Positions 28,258-36,100 of a stretch of 64,000 nt of DNA are shown here, one piece after another. This DNA is from an uncultured Bradymonadales bacterium (GTDB taxonomy: Bacteria > Myxococcota_A > Bradymonadia > Bradymonadales > Bradymonadaceae). The position numbers and the translations under genes were made by a program. The stretch covers positions 68,223 through 132,222 of the forward strand of contig CAYMYJ010000012.1 of NCBI GenBank assembly GCA_964394615.1. Direction: 5' to 3'. The notes under the pieces are model-generated. The model worked only from the letters and a program-made list of their open reading frames with translations. It made no database searches and was not told the DNA's origin. Position 1 is the first letter of the stretch; each line of letters begins with the position of its first letter.

Positions 28258-29459
28258 AACACGCGGATCCGTAACACCACGGATTGTCCCACTCGGAGGT
28301 CGCGTTCGTTGGGATCTAGCGCGACGCGAATTGGAATTCGCTGCACAACCTTCGTGAAGTTGCCTGCCGCGTTGTCTGCGGGAATGAGGGCGAATTGGGA
28401 GGCCGCATGGTGAGAGACGACCGAGACTCGGCCTTCGAGTTTTCCACCCTCGTCGAGCTCGATATCGACGTGTTGGCCTTCGTGAATCTGTCCAATCGAC
28501 GTTTCTTCGATATTGGCGTTGATCCAACATTGTTTCATGTCCGTGATAACCACGGCGGCCTGACCGGTTGCGACGTAGTCTCCCGGATCAGAAATCACCT
28601 TTGAGACGACGCCGTCGAGGCTGCTTCGCAAGGTCTTCTGGTCCAGGGCAAGCTGGGCGATCTCCAAATCGGCGTGGGCTTGTTTGGCGATGGAGCGGGC
28701 TTCTTCGATCTCTTCGCGTTTCAAGGCAATGCGTTCGGCACCGGCGTCGGCCTCCATTTGGCGCGCATGGGCTTGCGAGAGCTCTCCCCGCGCCATGGCT
28801 ACCGCCTCGGTACGAGTGCCGCGCGTGAGTTCGTCGAGCGTTGATTGGGCCTGTTTGACGGCTTCCTGAGTTTGAGAATCCAATGACCGCGCGTGCTCGA
28901 CCTGTTCCATTGTGACTACGCCCTGTTTTGAAAGCGATTCAGCGCGTGCCAGGGCTGCGGTATTTTCGGCTGCGCGCGCTTGTGCTGATGAGAGCTCCGC
29001 GCGAGCACGTGCGAGCTCTTCGGGACTTGCTCCGTGCACCATCAAGTCGACATTCGCTTTGGCGCGTACGATCCCGGCCTCTGCTCCTTTTTGCCCTGAA
29101 TTCACGAGTCGTTCTTCGAGCGCAAGCGTCGCTTCTGCGGCGCGGACCCTGACATTCGCCAAATTCAGCGTGGCCTCTGCCCGCTGAACGAGCGCTTTTT
29201 CATTCTCTGAATCAAGTCGGACCAGTACCTCACCGATTTGAACATATTGGCCCTCGGAAACCAGGATTTCCTCGACACGGCCACCGGATCCATTGGGTGC
29301 GATTTGCGCAACAGAAGTGGCGATGCGGGCGTCTTCTGTCGATATATAGGGGCGGAAGTGTATCCACCAAATCACGGTAATTCCGGCGGCAACGATCGCG
29401 AGCGCCAGGAGGCCACGTTGCACACGTTTATGTCGCAGCGGCTGCGAAATTGTACTCAT
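28254..29459 (-). CDS. HlyD-family membrane fusion protein (EmrA-like)
   Basis: N-terminal TM anchor, long coiled-coil (ATLNLANVRVRAAEATLALEERL...), C-terminal beta-barrel region. Its stop overlaps the emrB-like start, and its start overlaps the marR stop. Confidence 0.85.
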   Translation of the reverse strand: MSTISQPLRHKRVQRGLLALAIVAAGITVIWWIHFRPYISTEDARIATSVAQIAPNGSGGRVEEILVSEGQYVQIGEVLVRLDSENEKALVQRAEATLNLANVRVRAAEATLALEERLVNSGQKGAEAGIVRAKANVDLMVHGASPEELARARAELSSAQARAAENTAALARAESLSKQGVVTMEQVEHARSLDSQTQEAVKQAQSTLDELTRGTRTEAVAMARGELSQAHARQMEADAGAERIALKREEIEEARSIAKQAHADLEIAQLALDQKTLRSSLDGVVSKVISDPGDYVATGQAAVVITDMKQCWINANIEETSIGQIHEGQHVDIELDEGGKLEGRVSVVSHHAASQFALIPADNAAGNFTKVVQRIPIRVALDPNERDLRVGQSVVLRIRVL

Positions 29460-29893
29460 AATGGGTCCTCATCGGTTCCAACTTCGTCGATGATTTTCTT
29501 TGAGATTTTGGTGAACATTTTTCGTTCTTCATCACTCAGCACCGCGTCGATTCGGGCGGCAAACGTGTCATAAATGGCCATCAGTTCGTCGCAGGCGATT
29601 TCGCCTTCTGGAGTCAGTTGGGCTTCTTTCTGGCGTCGGTCTGATTCGCTGACCGTGCGCTCGACCCAGCCTCGTGATTCCAAAGTTTCCAATGAACGTG
29701 CGAGGGCGGCTGGGTCCTGGGTGAGCTTACGCGCAAGCGAGGCCTGCGAGTCGTGTCCACCTTGTCGAAGCTCGCGCAAAATCACGTATTGGGCAGTGCC
29801 TACATTATGGTCGCTCAGCGCGCCGCCTATGGCGCGCACCAGCGCGAGTCGGAGTTTTCTGAAGTCGTGCATTAAAGTCATTGAGGTATCCAT
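29456..29893 (-). CDS. MarR family transcriptional regulator (EmrR-like)
   Basis: Winged-helix pattern typical of MarR (...SQASLARKLTQDPAALARSLETLESRGWVERTVSESDRRQKEAQLTPEG). First gene of the marR-emrA-emrB-like operon. Confidence 0.8.
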   Translation of the reverse strand: MDTSMTLMHDFRKLRLALVRAIGGALSDHNVGTAQYVILRELRQGGHDSQASLARKLTQDPAALARSLETLESRGWVERTVSESDRRQKEAQLTPEGEIACDELMAIYDTFAARIDAVLSDEERKMFTKISKKIIDEVGTDEDPL

Positions 29894-29960
29894 TATTGAC
29901 GTGTCAACGATTATTCATGGACTAGTCAATGAATGGATGCGGGTCAATATTCCCGAGGTC
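29894..29960. promoter_or_regulatory. Candidate MarR operator/promoter in the divergent intergenic region
   Basis: Palindrome TTGAC-GT-GTCAA sits immediately upstream of the marR ATG, followed by repeated GTCAAT half-sites (tagtcaatgaatggatgcgggtcaatatt). Confidence 0.35.
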
Positions 29961-30076
29961 ACAAATTCGGGTGCAACGCCGGTACGTGACGATTTTGCGC
30001 CCGCTAATCGTCGATTGATTCGTGTCGACTTGTCGTGGGCTATGGCCCAGTATGTTGTGATTCATTTTCCAATTGC

Positions 30077-30922
30077 ATGGTCTTCATGGGTAATTTCCTA
30101 AATATTGCGCTGACCTTTCCTCCCGTCATCTTCTCATTTTTGCTTGTCGTGGTGGTCATCTATTGGCTGTCCGTGATGGTGGGGGTGCTCGATCTCGATC
30201 TCTTCGATCTTGATTTTGATTTGGACGTCGATATGGACGTCGATTTGGACGTCGATATGGACATGGGAGGCGCAGCGGAAAGTGCGGCGGACGGTGCGGC
30301 GGAAAGTGCGGCGGAAGGTGCGGCCGAGGGTTCGGCGGAGCACGGCGATACCCCCGGGCTAAATGGCATCCTTCTAGGCATCTATTCGTGGTTGAGCCTG
30401 GGCCGAGTGCCGATAACCATCACGGTCAGTGTTTTCACATTATACGCGTGGATTATGACTTTCAGCGGGGTCTACTACCTTGGCGCAAGTCTGCCGGTTG
30501 CCATCGGTCTTTTTGTTGGGGCGACCGCGGCAAGTCTTTTCCTAACAGGACCGACTGTTCGCCCCATGCGCGGGCTTTTCCACACCCATACCAAACACGG
30601 GCAGGAGACTCTGATCGGGGCATTATGCGTGCTTACAACAGGGCGAGTGGATGAAAAGTTTGGCCAGGCTCTATTCGATGATGGGGGCGCCGGGCTTAAC
30701 TTATTGGTGCGCTGTGACTCGCCCGAAAACGGGATAAAACGCGGCGATCGCGCATTGATCATCGGTTACGATTCGGAGACTCGACTTTATTATGTCGAGC
30801 CCTACGAAAATCTGGCTGGCCAAGAAACAAAGTTCGATTTTGAAACAAGACTAGAAGACGCAGGTTCGATGTCCGACGTGACGTTGAACGGCGACGCAAA
30901 TATCGGAGAAAAGAATGAATGA
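30077..30922 (+). CDS. NfeD/YqiJ-like inner-membrane protein (DUF1449-type) with C-terminal OB-fold and unusual poly-acidic insert
   Basis: N-terminal TM helices, C-terminal NfeD-type OB segment (GALCVLTTGRVDEKFGQALFDDGGAGLNLLVRCDSPENGIKRGDRALIIGYDSETRLYYV). Located directly upstream of the flotillin gene, as in E. coli yqiJ-yqiK. Start is the first ATG of ORF 30035..30922 and may alternatively be 30086. Confidence 0.7.
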   Translation: MVFMGNFLNIALTFPPVIFSFLLVVVVIYWLSVMVGVLDLDLFDLDFDLDVDMDVDLDVDMDMGGAAESAADGAAESAAEGAAEGSAEHGDTPGLNGILLGIYSWLSLGRVPITITVSVFTLYAWIMTFSGVYYLGASLPVAIGLFVGATAASLFLTGPTVRPMRGLFHTHTKHGQETLIGALCVLTTGRVDEKFGQALFDDGGAGLNLLVRCDSPENGIKRGDRALIIGYDSETRLYYVEPYENLAGQETKFDFETRLEDAGSMSDVTLNGDANIGEKNE

Positions 30923-33086
30923 AATAACCATTATGTGGCTGGTCGTGGGCGCTGTGGGCCTCCTGATAATCCTTGGGATCCCAGTCATGTTGAGCCGCTG
31001 GTACCGCAAAGTAGATCAAGGCCAGGTGTTGATCATCAATGGTTTAAGCGACACGAAAGCGGTCTTTACGGGCGCCTTTGTGCTGCCTGTAATTCATCGC
31101 GCCGAGGTCATGGATATTTCGGTCAAAACGATCGAGATCGACCGTAACGGAAAAGAAGGGCTGATCTGTAAGGATAATATCCGTGCGGACATCAAGGTGA
31201 CCTTTTTTGTGCGAGTTAATCAGACGCAGGCCGACGTGCTCAACGTCGCGCAGGCCGTGGGCTGTGCCCGCGCTTCCGACCCGAAAACCCTTGAACAACT
31301 TTTTGGGGCTAAGTTTTCAGAAGCGCTTAAGACGGTTGGCAAGCGACTTGAATTTGAAGACCTCTACAACGAACGCGACCAGTTTCGTGACGACAGCATA
31401 AACCTCATTGGAACTCAGCTTAACGGCTATTCCATTGAGGATGCTGCGATCGACTACCTTGAGCAGACCTCGGTGGAAGCGCTCGATGACATGAATATTC
31501 TGGATGCCCAGGGTATCCGTAAAATCACCGAATTGACTGCGTCGCAGCGGGTCCGCACGAATGAGCTTTCGAACCGTGCGAAACGTGACACAGGCAAAGA
31601 TGACCTCGAAACCAGCATGGCCATGCTCGAGTACGAGCGGCAGCAGGCTGACGCGGTGGCTCGTCAACGACGAGAGATCGAGTCCACCCAGGCTCGAGAA
31701 TTCTCGACGGCGCAAGAGATTAAGTCGCAAGAGCACGCCAAAGCAGAGCTGGCACGACTTGAATCGGAACAGCAGGTTGCCGTTCGGGCGATCAATAAAC
31801 AGCGCGAAGAAGAAGTGGCCACCAAGAATCGCGAACGTGTGTTGGTGGTCGAGACAGAGACGGTCGAGAAAGAGCGCGCGCTTCAAGTCATCGCTCGCGA
31901 ACGGGAAACCGACCTTCAGCGTTATGCGAAAGATAAAGAGCTCGAGAAAGAGCGTAAGGCGATCGCCGAGATTATTCGGGACCGTATTTCGGTCGACAAA
32001 ACCGTGGCTCAAGAAGAAGAAAACATCAAAGACCTGCGCGAACTCGCCGGCGCCAACCGCGATAAACAAACCGCGATTATCGAAGCCGAAGGAAAGGCGC
32101 AGCAGTCGCTCGTCGCGTCGATCAAGGCTGCGGAAGCCAATGAGGAAGTTGCGAAATTTGCGGCTCGCGAACGTATCCTGACCGCTGACGCCGAACTTGA
32201 TGCCGCCGACCGTGTGGCCAAGGCAAAAATCCGCACCGCCGAAGGCACGCAGGCCGAACTTGCCGCCTCGGGTCTGGCGAATGTCCGTGTCAAGGAGGCC
32301 GACGCAATCGCCACCGAAAAACAAGGGTTTGTCGACGCCAAGGTGTTGAAAGAGAAGATGACGTCCGAGGCCGCGGGCCGCGAAGAGCAGGGCATGGTCG
32401 AGATTCGTCTCACACAGAATCGTGCAGAGGCCGTGGAACGTGAAGGACTCGCTGCAGCCAACGTCCTGCGAGAAAAAATGCAGGCGCAGGCAGTGGGTAA
32501 CGAAGACCAGTTGATGGTCGAAGTTCGCGTCAAAGAAGCGTCTGCTCAGGCGATCGAAAAAGAAGGAATGGCTCAGGCCAAGGTGCTTCGCGAAAAGGCG
32601 GAGGCCGAGGCTTCAGGAAACGAGAAGTTGTCGATGGCAGCTGCGTTGGGCATCCGCGAACGTCTGGTGGCCGAGGCCGATGGTTTGGCCAAGAAGGCCG
32701 AAGCGATGAAGGCGTTGGACGCCGTAAGTCGAGACCACGAAGAGTTCCGCCTTGCCCTTGAGCACGAGCGAACACTGTCTATCGAACGCTTCAAAGCACA
32801 GGTCGATGTTGCGCGCGCTCAGTCTGAAGTCATGGGCGAGGCGTTTAAGACGTCCAATATCAACATCGTGGGTGGCGACGAAGCTTTCTTCAATCGCTTC
32901 ACCAACGCGGTATCCATGGGCCAGGCCGTGGATGGGTTCCTCGCAAATAGCGACGTGGCACGTCGGGCTTTGTCCCGCGTGCTAGGCGATGATCAAGCCG
33001 CTGATGTCGCTTCGGTGATTTCCGGGCTTGCGTCTAAAGGGCCATCGAAAGATGCGTCCAACACCGAAGTCGTAGACGAAGCCTGA
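30915..33086 (+). CDS. Flotillin / SPFH (band-7) family protein, YqiK-like, with extended repetitive coiled-coil
   Basis: N-terminal TM followed by SPFH domain (QGQVLIINGL...VFTGAFVLPVIHRAEVMDISVKTIEIDRNGKEGLICKDNIRADIKVTFFVRV). Long E/A/K/R-rich coiled-coil with ~33-aa internal repeats. GGAGAAAAG RBS. Overlaps the preceding gene by 8 nt. Confidence 0.85.
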   Translation: MNEITIMWLVVGAVGLLIILGIPVMLSRWYRKVDQGQVLIINGLSDTKAVFTGAFVLPVIHRAEVMDISVKTIEIDRNGKEGLICKDNIRADIKVTFFVRVNQTQADVLNVAQAVGCARASDPKTLEQLFGAKFSEALKTVGKRLEFEDLYNERDQFRDDSINLIGTQLNGYSIEDAAIDYLEQTSVEALDDMNILDAQGIRKITELTASQRVRTNELSNRAKRDTGKDDLETSMAMLEYERQQADAVARQRREIESTQAREFSTAQEIKSQEHAKAELARLESEQQVAVRAINKQREEEVATKNRERVLVVETETVEKERALQVIARERETDLQRYAKDKELEKERKAIAEIIRDRISVDKTVAQEEENIKDLRELAGANRDKQTAIIEAEGKAQQSLVASIKAAEANEEVAKFAARERILTADAELDAADRVAKAKIRTAEGTQAELAASGLANVRVKEADAIATEKQGFVDAKVLKEKMTSEAAGREEQGMVEIRLTQNRAEAVEREGLAAANVLREKMQAQAVGNEDQLMVEVRVKEASAQAIEKEGMAQAKVLREKAEAEASGNEKLSMAAALGIRERLVAEADGLAKKAEAMKALDAVSRDHEEFRLALEHERTLSIERFKAQVDVARAQSEVMGEAFKTSNINIVGGDEAFFNRFTNAVSMGQAVDGFLANSDVARRALSRVLGDDQAADVASVISGLASKGPSKDASNTEVVDEA

Positions 33087-33101
33087 AACGAGTGAACATC
33101 G

Positions 33102-36100
33102 ATGAATGAAGACAATCCGGTCGAGAGTCCGGCAGTCCAGACGAGCAGCTATGACTTGATCAGGCGTCGCCTGCTAAGTCAGGGGGAGGTCCTGAAGGAA
33201 CGCGCTGAAACGCTTAATACGCGCCGGCAGGAGTTCTTTGGGTCAACGCAGTTGACTGCCATCGGACAGGACCGTATCCGCACCGAGAATAATTGTATTC
33301 CTGTGGATATTGTGAGTGTTGGCGGGAAATTCTTGTTTGGATACAACGTCTTCATCGGATTGCGAAAACAAACTTCGGTGGAGGATGTCTTTTCTCTTCA
33401 CAGTTTTTCGCGTGACGAAAATGAAGGGATTATTCTTGATCCTGTGCCCCAGGATGCCACGCATTTCCTGAGCGACGCGAGGTTTTTGCAGGATTTTCAG
33501 GACCTGTACACGTACTACAAGGACGCAAATCTGCTGCAGCTTCGGCGAGTGGATGGAAAGCTCCTCGCGATTTTTCAGGTCGGGTCTTCGTTGACCGATG
33601 TGCGTGTATTGCGCTGGAGCGTCTCTCCAACGGGTGAAGTCAATTACATCGATAATTCTGGGGTGCGCGACCATACTTTGGTCCCATCGCATGATTTTGT
33701 GTGGAAAATTGCCGGAAGAGAGGACCATGTGGGTGGACGCCATCCACACGTCAATATTTGCGATAAAGTCTTTGTAGAAGCGGTCGGCGGAGACCTCACG
33801 ATCAAGATCGAGGATAATACTGAGGATGGGCTTGGGATCTATCGGGAACCCGTGGATGACCCCAATCAGGCCCTCGGCGATGCCGACATCCATTACGCCG
33901 ATCTTGGGAATTTAGTTCTTATTAAAATCCGCCCCTATCGCGAGGAAAAAACGCGGTATTTTGTTTTTAATACCGTGACGCAGTCCGTCGTTCGAATTGA
34001 TGCGATTGGGCAGTCATGTATTCAATTGCCAGAAGACCACGGGATTATTTTTCCGGGCGGTTATGTGCTCGCGGACGGTGAGCATCGTGGATTTGATGCG
34101 GATATCACCGGGATGCGTTTTGCGGAGTCGATTCGCTCGCCCAACGGTGAAGACGTCCTCTTTGTGTTCTACCGGCCAAAAGACGGTCGCTATATTTTGC
34201 TCGCCTATAACCTGATTCGAAAAGAGGTCCAAAACCCCATTCATTGTCACGGATATTCTCTTTTTAGTGACGGGGCGTTGATCGTTTTTCGGGCGTCTGG
34301 GGCCGAGCCGACGCGTGTTCACCCTCTGCAAATCTGGCAGAGCCCGTTTGTCAGCGACGAGCACGCGGCGGCCCAACCAAGCGATGGCTCGTTCTTGTCT
34401 CGGGTCGGAAATGCCGATTTGGTTCGCGGCATTTCCGAAGCGTTGACCGTGGTGCGCATGGTCAACAATCAGCAACCCACGATGGGCGTTTACGAGTCGC
34501 TCATCCAGGCCGTGCAGCGGACTCGGGATGGATATTTTTGGATCGATGATCCAGAGACCGAAGGGCTAGGGGACGTCTTTAAAGACATCGCAAAAACGGC
34601 GGAACTCATTATCGATGAGTTCGTAAAAGTGACCGAACTCAAGGCGAAGGCGTCGAAGGCCCTCGTCGATGTTGAAGCGCAACAGGAGTCGATTCTTCGC
34701 GATGTGCGATTTGACGATTGGAAAGAACTGCAGCGGTTCATCGACGGTCTAGGCCAACTGCACGCGCTCAGAGGGCGCCTGATCACGATGCAAGAGGTTC
34801 GCTACATCGATGCCGCACGGCTCAGCGAACTCGAAGCAGAAGTGGTCGAGAAATTCGACCATTTAAGCAAGGCAACCGCCGGTTTTTTGCTCGCTGACGA
34901 CTCGCTTTCTCCCTACAAAAAATCGATCGAAGATCTGGTCTCTGAAGTCCAAAAGGTCAAAGACACGGTGGAGGCAAAAAACCTTCGTGCCCGATTGGAT
35001 AAAATCGGTGAGGGGCTGTCGCTTTTGACCGATGTTGTGGCGGGTTTGCAGATCGAAGACCCGACAGCACGAACTCGAATTCTGGAAGGAATTTCCGAGG
35101 TGTTAAGTCTGCAAAACCGGGCGCGCGCCTTGTTGGACGGGCGGCGAAAAAGCCTGCTCGAGGCCGAGGGGCAAGCCGAGTTTGGCATTCAATTTCAACT
35201 TTTCGGTCAGACCGTACAGAGCGCCGTCAGCGTGAGCGATTCGCCCGAAAAATGCGAAGAGATGCTCACGCGGCTGATGATTCAGATGGAGGAATTGGAG
35301 AGCCGATTCAGTGAATTTGAGCCATTTTTGGTGCAGCTCGCTGAACAGCGAGAGACCGTCTATGAGGTCTTTGAAAATCGCAAACAAAGCCTGCTTGAGG
35401 AGCGCCGCCGGCGAGCGCACAACACGGTTCAAGCGGCCGAACGCATCATGGCTGGGATTGGGCGTCGAACCGCGCGCATGCAGGATATCGATACGCTAAA
35501 TGCCTACTTTGCTGCGGATCCGATGGTCCTTAAAGTGCGCGAGTTGGTCGCCAATCTTCGTGAATTGCAGGATCCGGTTGCGGCCGACGATGTACAAACC
35601 CAATTGCGGACGGCGCGAGACGAAGCGATTCGTTCCCTGCGCGATCGGCTCGACCTTTTTGAGGGCGGCGATGACGTGATTCGACTTGGGGAGCATCGCT
35701 TCAGTGTGAACACGCATGACGTGGAACTGACGATGGTTCCGCGCGACGGCACCATGATGTTGCACGTGACGGGGACCGAGTTTTTTGAACCCGTAGAAGA
35801 CCAAGAGTTTCAGAGCACTCGAGCATTCTGGAATCAAACTCTGGTTTCCGAATCGCCCGAAATTTATCGGGCGGAATATCTGGCGGCAACGGTTCTTTTT
35901 GACGCCGAATCCGGGGCCTCCGAACTGGGCCTGCAGGGGTTGCATCAGGCGTGTTTGCAAGAGCAGGGCTTGGCTCCCGTGATTCGCAAGGCCATCGAGG
36001 CTCGCTATGACGAAGGCTACGAGCGGGGCGTGCACGACGCCGATGCGGCACTGATTCTTGAGAAAGTGCTGGGCATGTATCTGACGAGCGGATTGCTCCG

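Noticed and set aside
31317-32324. 335-aa minus-strand ORF inside the flotillin gene, and 32009-32533 (174 aa)
   Set aside because: Antisense to the repetitive coiled-coil coding region, with low-complexity Arg/Leu/Phe-rich translation. Shadow ORF.
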